A stretch of DNA of 64,000 bases, from the NCBI RefSeq assembly GCF_009914755.1, contig NC_060925.1. One strand, 5' to 3'. The notes below the pieces were generated by a model. The model saw only the letters and a program-made list of their open reading frames with translations, was not told the DNA's origin and searched no databases. Source of the stretch: the human T2T-CHM13v2.0 reference genome, Homo sapiens. Shown here piece after piece: positions 29,204 to 42,705 of the stretch. A program made the position numbers and the translations under genes. The number at the start of each line of letters is the position of its first letter. Within the stretch, counting starts at the first letter, position 1.

Positions 29204-30509
29204 CTAGTAAAATGGTTTTGGCTTAGAAACTTTATTGGAATTAATTATTTTTTCAACTTTTTTCTATTCACAAAAGCCTATCCAGATTTACTACTTATCA
29301 AGTTAATTTTAGCTATTTATATTTTCTCAGAACATAAGTGAATTTAAAAAATTTAACTGTATATAATATTGTTTTATCATTTTAAAAGTCTCTCATATCT
29401 ATAGTTATATCTCATTTCTCATTTATTTGTTGTTGTGAACTCTCTCTCTCTCTTTCTGCCTCTCTCTCTCTTTTTCCTGGACTTTCCAGAATTTGCCAGA
29501 ATGTTATAATTTTTAGTGTCTGCTTTCATGAATCTTTGCTTTTATTTTTGCTGGATTTTTTTGCCTTCAAAAGCTAACTTCATCTTTTGACTTCTTAAAT
29601 TTAATTCAGCTTAATTATTTTATGTTACTCCTGCTCTAATAAAGCAAGCACATAAATCTGCTTTTTCTACTGAATAGTTTTAGTTCCATCTTGTAAGATT
29701 TGATATGTAATCTTCTAATCATTATTATTTTTTGAATAATCTGTAATCATAATTGTTCTTTTCTTTAGTCCAATAGTTATTTATGTGCATGTTTTCTAAT
29801 TTACAAATAAACTCTTTCCTATTTTAAATTCTTGTTACTATTTTCTGGTTTATTTTAGAATAAACATTTAGAATGTGGGCTGTGTGCTTTTTCTTTATGG
29901 GATTTTATGAAAATTATAATTTTGTTCTATTATACCATTAACTTCCAAAAATATTCCAGAGATGTTTGAAAAGTATATGTACTCATGTAAGTGTAAAAAT
30001 TAAATTATGACAATTAGAATAACTAAAACCTATTAGCTAAATCTGCTTTATTTTAGACCTACTTGATTTACCAAGGCATGAAAACACTGTCTGAAGATTC
30101 CAATTGTGTATATACCTATTTCTCTCAGTACATTGAAGAGCTGTGTACTTTAATACTAGTTTCTAAGTACATAATGGTTTCTACCTATTATATGTCTATT
30201 GTGAAGTCTAACTTTTTTGGCATTCTAAATTTACATTCTTTGTTTTATCTAGTGAATTTTGCCTACACTTTGCCTTTTTATTTACCTAAACCTTTTTATT
30301 ATATTTTTATTTATATAAACCTGATAGATCTTTGCTAATCTTTTTACTTTAAATTTATACATATAATTTTTAATCCATTATATAGCTGGAATTTTTTCCA
30401 ACCCAATTTAAGAACCTTGATCTTTTAATAAATAACTTTAATATATTTATATTTATTTTCATAACTAATATTTTTGCTTTTATTTTTTAATCTTAAAAAA
30501 GTTTTTTAA

Positions 30510-31780
30510 AATTATTAAAACAAATTTTTGTGGGTACATAGTAGGTATATATATTTATGGGGTACATGAGGTGTTTTGATACAGGCATGCAATGTGAAAT
30601 AAACACATCAAGGGGAATGGGGTATCCATCCCCTCAGGCACTGATCCTTTGCGTTTCAAGCAATCCAATTACATTCCTTTTTTTTATTTTATTATTATTA
30701 TACTTTAAGTTTTAGGGTACTTGTGCACAATGTGCAGGTTTGTTACATATGTATACATGTGCCATGTTGGTGTGCCAATTACATTCTTTAAGTTATTAAA
30801 AAATATACAACTAAATTATTATTGACTATGGTTACCCTATTGTGCTATCAAATAATAGATCTTATTTATTCTTTTTATTTTTTTTGTACCCATTAACCAT
30901 CTCCACCAGCCTCTCAACCCCCAACTATATTTTCCAACCTCTAGTAAGCATTCTTCTACTTTCTATGTCCATGAGTTCAACTGATTTGATTTTTAGATCT
31001 CACAAATAAGTGAGAAGTTGCACTGTTTGTCTTTCTGTGCCTGGCTTATTTCACTTAGCATAATGACTTCAAGTTCCATCCATATTGTTGGAAATGACTG
31101 GATCTCATTCTTTTTTATGGCTGAATAGTACTCCATCTTGTATAAGTACCACATTTTCTTTACCCATTCATCTGTTGATGGACACTTAGGTGGCTTCCAA
31201 ATTCTAGCTATTGTAAACAGTGCTATAACAAACAGGAATGCAGATATCTCTTCAATGTACTGATTTCCTTTCTTTTGGTTATATAACCAGCAATGGAATT
31301 GCTGGATCTTATGATAACTCAATTTTTAGTTTTTTGAGAAACCTCCAAACTGTTCTACATAGTGGTTGTACTAATTTACATTCCCACCAACAGTGTATGA
31401 GGGTTCCCTTTTCTCCACATCATTGCCAGCATTTGTTATTGCCTGTCTTTTGGATACAAGCCATTTTAACTGAGGTGGGATGATATCTCATTGCAGTTTT
31501 GATTTGCACTTCTCTGATTGTCAATGATGTTGAGCACCTTTTCATATGCCTGTTTGCCATTTATTTGTATGTATTCTTTTGAGAAATGTCTATTAAAATC
31601 TTTTGCCCGTTTTTTGATTGGATTATCGGATTTTTTCCCATAGAGTTGTTTGAGCTCCTTATATATCCTGGTGATTAATCCCTTGTTAGAGGAGGTGGTT
31701 TGCAAGTATTTACTCCCATTCTATGAGTTGTCTCTTCACTGTGTTGATTGTATCCTTTGCTGTGCAGAAGCTTTTTAACT
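30510..31780 (-). mobile_element. L1MA1/2-like 3' fragment (ORF2 C-terminus plus 3' UTR)
   Basis: ORFs 30993-31322 and 31466-31705 are L1 ORF2p remnants ([31 protein letters not shown]). Confidence 0.9.
30677..30774 (-). mobile_element. Extremely 5'-truncated L1PA nested in the L1MA
   Basis: ttattatactttaagttttagggtac...gtgccatgttggtgtg. TSD ccaattacattc (30665-30676 / 30775-30786). Confidence 0.9.
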
Positions 31781-34419
31781 TATATCACCCTTTTTAATCT
31801 TGTTTTATGCTTTCTCTCATTCTGCTTCTTTGAGGCTGCCTTTTTTCTTTCTTTTGGTATATGAACTAGGTTTTCTTTGTTCTTTTTCCTCTTATGATGA
31901 TTGGAGTGTTTTTATATACCTAAAATTTTAATTAACATACATAATCCCACATTTCTGGAATCATGCCAAGAATGAAACAATCTCTTGACTTCTTATTTTG
32001 TTAAATAATAAAATTAGCATATATCATTTTTTTTTAAAATTATCTGTGCTCATAAAAAATAATTTCATTTTCAGGTATTTGCCATAGGACAACTCTGAGA
32101 TCTTTGCTTAATTTCAGGAGCTAGCCAATATTGCTAAAATTATAGAAAATGTAGCTAGAAAATTTTAGATCCTCAATATCATCTCTTCCAAATGCAGTAT
32201 TACAGTAATAAAGCCACTGAAGCCTTGAATAGTTTAAGACTTGTTGTAGGTCCCCAAACTAGCTAGTGGCAGGATTAGACCTAGAACTCAGATCTCCTGC
32301 CCAAACTAGTACTCTTTCTACTGTATTATATATTTTATGAGCGGCAATTGAGGCAGTGAACTAGCTTAAATTTATCTGGGGTTAGTGAAGACATGGATAG
32401 ACGAATAGAGCTCTGAACATTAGAGAAAGGAATGATGGAGGAAGTCAGGAGTATTTGATTTTGAAAAGGAGATAAGATGTGGCTTATGACTTCAAAGGAA
32501 ATAAATATAAAACAAAACACAAGCTTTTCTTGCCTCCCTCTGTCACCTCAGAAGGGGTTTGGAGTTGGTGAAGAAATATTGTAATGTGATCATGAGTCTA
32601 AGAAGAGGACTTAGGTTGAGTCTATTTGGGTTATTTGGCTGGTCCTATGCTCTGGATTTTCCTTCTGTTCACTTTTATTGAGTTTTAATAAGAAGCCATC
32701 TGGTAAAATATTTTAGACTTAGGATGATATTTAACATGTAGAGCAGGCTGGTTTAAGTGAATACCCAGCCACCAAATAATAAGATAAGAAAATAACCCAA
32801 ACAGCATCATATTTTAATGTTTCCTGATTGACATTAAGATGCTGGTGAGTTATCTTTTAGTCTAAAAATGTAATTTTGGAGGAACATCAGCTCAGAAAAT
32901 CTCTGGCATAAGGAAATAGGTCAGCTTTTCTTCCAACATGAAGGATTTCCAAATTCAGCCCAGAAAACTTAATAAAATGTCCCTAAGGGAAGTAGAAGAC
33001 AGTGAAACTGGAGTTCATCTTCCATGAACATGGATACACCCTTTGATCCCTATGTTTCCTACGACCCTCTGGGCAGAGCAATCAGACAGCTAGTCATCTA
33101 TGTAGGATTCAGTTTATCATTAAACTTTTGTCTTAACAGTATATAATAAACACTTGATGAAGTTTTGAGATTAGATCTCGAAGAATGCCTGATCTTTGTG
33201 ATTTCTAAAGCTTATATGGGAGGGCGTCCATGTGTTTTTAAGGACTATATTGCTTTTACATTTCACCCCTTTCCTCACGTCTTTTTCTGCCAACAAGTTG
33301 AGTGTGGTTGTAGATTATAATTTAATAATTGTCAAACATTCTGTAGACAAAGTTGTTAGCTCCATTTTGAAAATAACACTTGAAAAATAACTACTGAGGT
33401 TCACACACAGAATTTTTCTCTAAATTGGCAAATGATTTGTGTGCATTTACCTGCTGGCTTGCATAATCCTTAAGTTTTAGAAATGGTGACACTGGACTGT
33501 GCCTACATAACCTTCAGCCCTTTACAGATGGTATCATTGGTCCTTTGATACATATATATTTACTATGATGGTCTGGGTGATATTCATGCTTTAATGCTTT
33601 AAAATATGACCCATTCCTTTCTGACTGGTGGCATCTCTTCTACACTGACTTCAGGGGGGTTTGACAGTGGTGAATAGCTATAACTCATTTCTTCATATAG
33701 ATATATTACTGTTTTTGTCTTTGGACTCTCTTCAATACATTTAGCCCCTCAAGTTCAATTTTATTACCTGTTTAGGAATCATGTCATGATCCCAGCTCAG
33801 TAAATCTATCTACTAGGATACAAGTTTGGTGTTCATGTACTGATCATGTATTTGGGTCTTATTGATCATGCTTCTTCTTGACTTTGGGGTGATTCTCAAG
33901 TTGAATGTGATTATCCCTACCAGGGATGCCACTACTAAGTAGGTTAATTCTACTGCTTTCTAGACTTTTACTACAGTTTTAAAATTGATGCCATGGCGAC
34001 AGCATTCCCTTTTCTACAGGAAAATAATCTGTAAATATTTTTTTTCCACCTACACACCATGTAATAATATATGGCCAAGAAAGGCAAACTTGGTGTGTTA
34101 CAGCTCTGCCTTATCCATGAACTTACTCCTTGGAACAGAGGTCGTGAGGCAGGCTTCGGTCATCCTCTTGGTTTCAGGGCATGGTTATTTTGCCAACCCT
34201 GCAAAGTGGTCTGAAGCAGTGATTCCCAAGCCTAACTTCTCTCCTGAAAAAGCTGGGAAGTGTTCACAAAATATAGATCCTCCAGCTTAAACCTGATTAA
34301 TTCTCAATGTTCCCAAAATCTAAGCTTTGAAACAGCTCTTTAAGCAATAACAACGTTGTTGGATAGTGAGAAAAACTACTGCTCTAGAGGCTCTTGAATT
34401 CTACATGTGTATATGTGCA

Positions 34420-35540
34420 TAAGTGTTGGAGGCATTAAATAGTAACACCTTAGAATCAGAAGGTACCCTTCAAGCTCATGTCTCACTTCATGGAAATGAT
34501 GTAGAGGTATTTGTAGGTTAAGGGACATGTCTAAGCGCACATAGCTAGTCAGTGGAGAACTGTGAAAAGCAAAGGAAAACAAAAGCCAAGTGTCCTGATT
34601 CTTAGTCCAGACTCATTTTCTCTAAATTAAGCTATCTTTGATATTTTCATAAAGTGCTACCATTTATAAGTTCAATAATTTTCCCAAGAGAGATAAGTTA
34701 AATATAAGTTAAATGTCTTTTTCTCCTGAGCATTAGAGCATAAAATGGAATTTGAAAAGCAATGAGTTAACTCAACAATACAGCCTCACCCCATTAGTAG
34801 CTGACACATGTTAACTGATTGTTGAAAAAGTCATTTGTGGCACAGGTTGACATAAGCTGTTGTATTGAGAGAGGCAGGAGAACGGTGTGTAACTATCACA
34901 GGTTTTGGAATCATAGGCCTTAGATCAAATCCCAACTTAACTATGTGATTCTAGAAAATCCTAGGCCTCAGTTTGTGCATCTGTAAAATAGGTGTAATAT
35001 TTTCCTTTTATGGTTAATGTTAGGTTAAATGAAACATGAATACATGAATGGTGCCTGGCACTTAGTCACTACTAATAATTAATCTCTTATGCTTATTAAA
35101 TGCCAGCCGCTTGACAGATTATTAAAATTCACACCAACCCCACAAGTGAGTATTGTAATTATTCCCACCTTAAAATGAAAACTTGAGACTCAGCTATGTT
35201 CAGTAACCTGTCTGGGGTCATGGAGGTATTTAGAAATTGAGACGGAGCTCTGCCCGTCTTAAATTTCTCAGATTCTCCGCTCTTATGCTGTCTTTCAACA
35301 AATGACAGCTGTCATTATTGCCCTCATCCTCACCCAGAAGCCAGTATAATTCAGTGGCCAGGCACATGGCTCAGGATTGAAGTCCAAGGAGCTGGATGTT
35401 TCTTTCCTTTCAGTAAATGACAGCCATGTGACCTTGAGTGGGCTCCTCAATTTCCCTATTTCTTGGTTTCCTCATTTGTAGGATGAGGATGATAATCTAG
35501 GTTATAGGGTTGTTGTGAGGATATCCAGTAAGCTCTCAAT
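34420..35540. mobile_element. Cluster of MIR fragments in both orientations
   Basis: Cores ggcctcagtttgtgcatctgtaaaatagg, aaatgaaaacttgagactcag and ggtttcctcatttgtagg. Confidence 0.65.
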
Positions 35541-37075
35541 ACTGATGTTGCTTTTTACATACCAGTCAGTCTAACATGCTAAATGAGAGTGAATTCTGGG
35601 TCTTGTCTTGCCCATGTTTTTGAAGCTTCTACTAAAGGTTTTTATTTTTTAGCACTTTCCCTGAATTTCAGGTGTGAGTGCAGTAAAAGTGTTGGCTGAA
35701 GGCGGATGGAAACAAACATTAGTTACCCCTTCAAGATTTCTCCAGTCAGAGTTTGGTCTTTCCTCTAGTAGGTGGTAAACCCTCTTCAGTTATATGGCCC
35801 TAAAAATCCTTGAAGCTCCATATATTGAAGGGAAAATGGGCCAATATCTGAACAGCATCTCACCACCCCTCTTGTGATGTGCTTGGCAAACATGCTCACA
35901 GAGACAGGGGCTCAGGATTTTTGGAGTTCTATCTGCTCTGCAGAATGGAGCCCAACTCCAAAGAGGCATTGATATTCGGAGCTGATGCACAGATGACTGT
36001 GTGGTGTGATAGCCGAGATACTCAACCATTCACTGTGTACTGTTCATTCAAATGCAAGGTTAGAATTAAGAGCAGACACTGCTAGTGCTACAAGCGATCA
36101 TTTTTTGTATGCACGTGTGCTCGTGTGTTTATATGCTTTTAGCTTTCTTTTTGATAGTAAATATAGGAAAAGACCTTTCAAAGACTATACATGCTAACTT
36201 TCTGACAGGGAAGAGCTGTCATTAAAAACATAAAACATCACATTATATCTGAGTTCAGTAAGCTGAAGTTCAGCAAGTTTTCCAGTCTCAGCTTTCCTAA
36301 CAAGAAACAATGCACGTGTCTATTTCTGTGCTTTCATAATACTTTGTTCTGTGCTACAGAATAAAGTATTTTAACACCCCTTTATCTCTCTCCTTTATGC
36401 GCAGTGTGTTTCTCATCATGAACCAAGATGAGGCAGAACCACAGCCCAGGGGTAGTTCCCATTTCAAGCTAGCTGTTTTCTACATCCTCCCACCTCCCTC
36501 AAGAGTTGCGGGCTTGATTGAATTAACTAATACCAGTTGTGCTTTACATATTTGAGTTAACATACATGTGTTACATGTCAACATTGCGCTAAAATGTATT
36601 ATTGAAATTTTATTAACAAGCATTGCTTTAATTTAGTACTGAAGAAAGTCTACGTTTATTGGACAGCAATTTTATACCTGCGTATGAATACCTGAGTATG
36701 TAGAAGAATCAGATATGTGATTAGCTAAACTTACAAAGTTGATAGAAACTAGGTGATTATTTAAATTGCACAAAACCCCGTATTTTACTTAAATTTCTAT
36801 AAAAGTAATAACGTGTTACATTTGCTTAATGAGAAGTGCTTTGCAGATGCCTTTGACATATGTTATCTCATTTGTTCCTCTCAAAATTCTTATGAAATAA
36901 GGGGAGAGTGGCTATTGTCTGCATGTTTTATGGATAAGAAAAAGAGAAAGCATCCTTAGCACATTTGAAATGTATTACCTTTACAAAAAGGTAACTCATC
37001 ATCACCTCTTTAGAAAGCACAATTTAATGTGGAAAGTATGCCTACCTCTGTTTACTCATATGCATGTATGGTTAG

Positions 37076-38972
37076 TGTCCTGGTTATCTCTTGCTATGTA
37101 ACAGATTATCCTAAAACTTAGTGGCTTAAAACATCATTTTATTATGTCTCACTATTTTTTTGGTCAATAGTTTGAATAGGGCTCAGCTGGGTGATTCCTT
37201 TGTTCCACGTGGAGTCAGCAGAGATAACTTCATAGTACCCAGCTGCCAAATGAGCTGGTCTGGAGATTCCAAGATGGCTTCGTTTACAAATTTAGTGATG
37301 GGGAAGGCTGAAAAGCTGGTCTTGGCTGGGACTGGCAACTAGAGTGCCTACATGTAGTCTTTCCAACATGATATTAAGATAGTCAGGGGCTCAGTGTTCC
37401 AAGAGAACTTAAGTGGAAGTTGTTGGTTCTTAAGGCCTGGATCCAACAACTGGCCCAGCATCACTGCTGCCATTTTCTGTTGAGCAAAGCAAATCATGGA
37501 GCCCACCCAGATTTGAGGGGAGGGAATATCTGCCCTACCTCTTAATGGAAGGGTATCAGAGAATTTGTAGCAACCTTTAATCTGTCACAGTGCACATTTT
37601 GGCCATTGATTATGTTTCTTGCCTATGCAAAAATACATTCACCCTTTCTAAGAACTCCCAGACTCTCAACTCATGATGGCATCAGGACCCAAGCAGCATC
37701 AGGATCAGGCTCAAGATGCAGGATCTTGTCATCCAAATCAGGTCCACACATGGATGAGACCCTTCAGGTATGTTTCTTCAAGTATGTTTCCTCTCGACCT
37801 GTGAACTAAAGAAACAACGTTATTTGCTCCTCCATCCCCAATACACAATGTTGAGATGAAGGTAAGAAAAATGCAGTTGGCATTCTCATTCAAAAATAGA
37901 ATGAAAAGCAAAAAGCAGCCCCTAGTCTGTAGTATTTCTGAAATCTTACTGGTCACATGTCCACATTCTTTGATTACATCTCAGTCCTGCTTCCTAGGAA
38001 TTATGCAGTAATATGACAAAGTAATATAACTAATTATTTAACTACAATAATTTCACATTTCATTTCTAAGCTCACCTTTTTCTGTACAATATCATACATG
38101 CATAAAACAAATCATTTGGCACTTTTGGCATTCCTATCAGAGACCCAAACCCAGCCAAATCCGTCAGCTCATTAGGTATATATATTCTATGGTCTAGATC
38201 ACAACAGGCAACAGTATTGTCAAAATTTCTGCCACTTCATAACCAGGGTCACTTTTTCTCCAGCCTCCAATAGTAATTCCTATACTAACTTCCTCTAAGT
38301 ATTCACTAGAAGTCTCCTTCAGGTTTTTCTGTTCTCATTAACAGTGTCCTCAAGGTATTTGCAGTGTTTGCTTGTCATCTGGTTCCAAAACCATGGCCAC
38401 ATGTTTTAGATAGTTATGGCAGGACTCCATTTCCAGGTATCAAATTGTGTTCTTATTACCTACTGCAGCATAGCAAATTACTCTAAAACTTAGTGGCTAA
38501 AAATAACAATCATTTGATTATATCAGGACCTTGTTGCTGGGGCATTTGGGCATGGCTCAGCTGGGTGATTCTTCCACTCCATTTCAAATTGACTGAGGAC
38601 ACTCAGTAGTTTTCAGCTGGTTGTTGGGCTTGTCAGGAGGGTCAGGATGGCTTTCCTCACATGACTGCCACTGGCCCAGAAGGTGGGGCTCAGCTGGGCT
38701 TGTTGACTGGAGTGTCTACACATGGCCTCTCTAGTAGGGTGGCTTTAAGGTAGTAGAACTTCTTATATACTGATTAAGGGTTTCCAGAGAGAGTGTTCCA
38801 AGAGATAGAAAGTGAAAGCTACCAGTTTCATAAGGCCTAGACTTGGAATCTGGGCTGGCTTCACTTTTGCTATGGCTTTACTGGCCAAACAGTCACAGAG
38901 GCCACCCAGATTCAAGGCCATGGGATATAGACCCTATTTATCTGTGGGAACAGAGTCAAAACCTTTTAATAT
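37076..38972 (-). mobile_element. Complete MaLR provirus MLT1H: LTR 37076-37589, internal 37590-38446, LTR 38447-~38972
   Basis: Two homologous LTRs (ctaaaacttagtggct, ggctcagctgggtgattc, agtgttccaagaga, cacccagatt) around internal sequence. rc of 37561-37589 matches the MLT1H start. Confidence 0.8.
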
Positions 38973-40089
38973 GAAAGAAAAATAATGTTTAGTTTTTCAT
39001 CTTGAATTGCTTACTAGTGCTTACAAGGCTGACTGACTCAATGAACTAACTCATGTTTAGGAATTAGACATTTGAGCTTCTGGTTCCATGTCTCCCATTG
39101 CTTGGCTGTGCTTAAATGGAGGTAAATAACCTTTAGGCTTTAGTTTATATCATAGGCAAAATGGAGATGATGATAACTGTTGGCACCTACTGGTTCAGGG
39201 AGATGTTGTGCCTCTTTTTATTTTTTTTTAAATCAGTATTCAAAAAGTATTCTCTAAAGTGCTCTAGGAAGTAGAATAATAAATTGCCATGACAAATTGG
39301 ACCATTACAAATTCACCACGTATGTTTTTATTAAGAGAGAAAATTGGGTCTTAATATTGTGTAACATCAACAGGGATACGTAGGAACTCTAGTACTTACA
39401 GAAGTCTCACACCCCACACACACCAACCTGTGCCATAGCATACGCTTCCTCTGTCTTTCCTGTATGCCAGGCAATGTATGTTTTCTCACTGAATCTTTGC
39501 CACACTTTTTGGAGAGTTAGGTGCCATTATTAACATGTTAATCAAGTTTTCTGAAACTTTTTTTTTCCTGGAGTTTAAATTCTAACACATCTTTTGCATA
39601 TTTATACTTAATACATCTTAAAAGAATCTAATGAAACCTTTAGTAGAGTCTGTAGGGGTTTTGTTTAAATTCTGTGGAAATCATCCCTTTTTATTTTTAT
39701 ACAAATATTCTTGCAAAATGAGATAAAAGCACATTTATGAAGACATCAAGATGACATAACTAAGATGAGATACAAAATAAAAGCAGAGGCATTAGCAGAA
39801 GCTAGTTTTACTCATGGAAGCCAGAAGGAGGATGGGGTGGTTGGTACCGTGGGAGGAGAGACGGGCTGGGAGCCAGGGCATCTGGCCCTGCTGTGCCATT
39901 AGCTTGGAGCTAGGTGTGCAACCTCAGAAAGCTTATTTCCTCCTCTAGGCCAAAGGTTTCGTGTCATATGAGAGTATTAAAGTACATTAACTCTAAAGCC
40001 ATCACATCTTTAACATTCTCTTATTATTCCAAGTAAAGGGGATGAAACACTAAATCAACATTTCCAGGCATTAAGAAGGTGATTTGCAA

Positions 40090-41990
40090 AAACATTTCAT
40101 TTATTCTTTCAACAAGTCTTTGTTGAGTCTCCTATGTGCCAGGCTTTATTCTAGGTATTTAGGGGTACAGTAGTTAATAAAAACTCCTTTCCCTCATGGA
40201 GCTTACATTCCAGGTTGGGGGATACAGACAATAAATAATCTCAGTAAGTCAAACATGTGATATGCCAGAAAATCATAAGTGCTTAGCAGAAGATAAAGAG
40301 GGGAAGGTGGGTACAGCATGCTGGGTGGGGTTTGCAACATCAGGTAGGCTAGTCTGGGAAGACTTCACTGAGAAAAGATCTGAAGGAAGTAATGAGCCAT
40401 AATGACTTTGCTGACTAGTTCATGGAGAAAATGAAAGCATTTTCAGGGAGAGGAAACAGCCAATGTAAAGGTGCTGACATCGAAGCATGTCTGATATTCT
40501 CAAAAAATAACAAGGAAGCCAGTATAACTGGAGTGGATGGAATAAATGAGGAGCAGGGTACCCGGAGGCATCAGAGAAAATATTCTGGGAAGATGTTGAG
40601 CAGAGAGTGCCATTTGGCATTTTTTAATGAAATAACTTTATTGCTATATAGAGAATAGACTAGAAAAGTCAAGGATGGAAAGTGGAGGACAGTTAGGAGG
40701 CTACTGCACTAATCCAGGCAAAAGATGATGGTGGCTCAGACTATAACAGCAGCAGTAGAAACAATGAGAAGTGATGGGATTCTGGATATATTTTGAATGT
40801 AAAACCAATAGGATTTGTTGGATGGTTAGAATGGGGGTATGAAGAAAGAAGACTCAAGGAAACTGCAAGGAGTTTTGACTTGAACTAAGAGATGGGGAAG
40901 ACTGTGGGAGATGCAGTTTTTGTGATGCTGCTGTAGGCTATTAGGAGTTTAGTTTAGACATGTCAAATATTAGATGCCTGTTAGGTATCCAATCCATGCA
41001 TGTATCATGTCTTATAAAGACATGAGTGTGGGTTTCAGGGGAGAGAGCCAGGCTGGAAGTACAAATTTATTACAGCTCTGAGATTGGATGAGCTTCCCAA
41101 TGGAGTAAGCATAGATTAAAAAAAAAAAGACAGGTTCAAGGACTGAGCCTGGGGAGTCAAACTGCAGAGATGAGAAGAAGCATCGAGGGAAACAAAAAGG
41201 AGTGACTAGACAAGTAGTAATAAAACTGAACAAGCAGAGAGTCTGGAAGCCCAGTGGAGGAAAAAAAGTGTTTCAAAGAGGAGAGAGTGGTCGTGTCCAA
41301 TGCTACTGATTGGTTGCATAACATGAGGACTGGCTGAGAAATGACCACTGGCTTAGCAAAGTAGGGGTTTTGGTACCTTGATCAGAGCAGTGTCTGCAGA
41401 GAGGTGCAGGTGAAAGCCTGTTTAGAGTGAGGTCCACAAAGAGCAAGAGGAAAGAAATTGGAGACGGGGTATGGACACTCTTTCAAAGAGTGTTGCTATT
41501 AAGGAAATGTGAGAAAGGGGAATCGCTAGTGGGAATTTGAGTAAAGAGAGTCTTTTAAAAAAAGATGAGAAAACAAGGTGTTTAAATGTTGGTGAGAGTG
41601 ATGAAATAGAGAAAAAATAGGTAAAGTAGAAGAAATAAAAGAAAATCACTGGAACGGTGTCCTTCAATAGATGAGTGAAATAAGATCTAGTGGCAAGCTA
41701 AGGAGTTAGTTTTGACTAGGAACATGGCTAGGAGGAAAAGTTGAGCAGATGGGCACAGATGCAGGAGAAGAGGAGATGTTGCTGGAGGCTGATTGGAGTT
41801 TGCTTTTGATTGCTGTTATTTTCTTCGTGAACTAGGAAGCAACATAATCAGCTTGGAGTGAGGATGACAGAGGCATTTAGAGATTTGAGAAGGGAGGAGT
41901 AGGCATGAAACAGTTTTCAGAGGAGTAGGAGAGTTAATGGACTAGGGAAATATTGTACGTTTGCTGGAGAGTATTAAGGACATAACTGAG
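40090..41990 (-). mobile_element. L2 (long fragment)
   Basis: L2 3' end ttcatttattctttcaacaag followed by purine-rich L2 body. Confidence 0.85.
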
Positions 41991-42321
41991 GTCAATACAG
42001 AACTCTTTGGTCTTCTGAAGTCATCTGTGGCCAGCCCTTTTCAAACTGGTGTTCTTAGAGCAGGGTATTCCTTGCAGCACCAACTGAGAAGAGAGGAAAG
42101 CTTGGAAGTGAATAAATATCCTAAGATGCAACTGTTGTAACATAGCCACTTCTTCTAGAACACCACCAATATTTCCTTGGGAAATATTGAGATTTCTTTC
42201 CCTAACCTCTTTCTTCCTTTCTTTTCTGGTCCCCTTCCTTATTTGTGCTAAGATACAGCTAGAGTGATTGTGTATGGGTTTCAGGGAGCAGATCCACTTC
42301 CTGTACCTGATGGGTTTGTTT

Positions 42322-42705
42322 TACTGTTGTATTGGATAGCTTTTTCTATGTCATACTCTGGTAACAAACAATCACAAGTTCTCAGTGGCTTACAACCATC
42401 TGGATTTATTTCTCTCCCTTGTTACCTGATGGCTGTAGGTTAGTTGCAGCTCTACATATCTTCATTCTGAAATTGAGTCTCTATTTAGGTCATGCTATTC
42501 TTTGGGCAGAGGGAGAAGAGCAATTGTGGAGCCACGCGATGGCGCTCAGTTTCTATTGGGAAGTGGTAATTGTCACTTTTGCTCACATTTCATTGGCCAA
42601 AGCAAGTCATGTGACTGAGCTTGATGTCAATGGGATGGGAAAGTATAAGCTTCTTTTAGGGAGGAGAACTTATAATTTGGAACAATCATATAATTAACTG
42701 CAACT
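42322..42705 (-). mobile_element. Old MLT1 LTR (MLT1J/K-like)
   Basis: ggtaacaaacaatcacaagttctcagtggcttacaac...cattggccaaagcaagtcatgtg. Confidence 0.75.
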
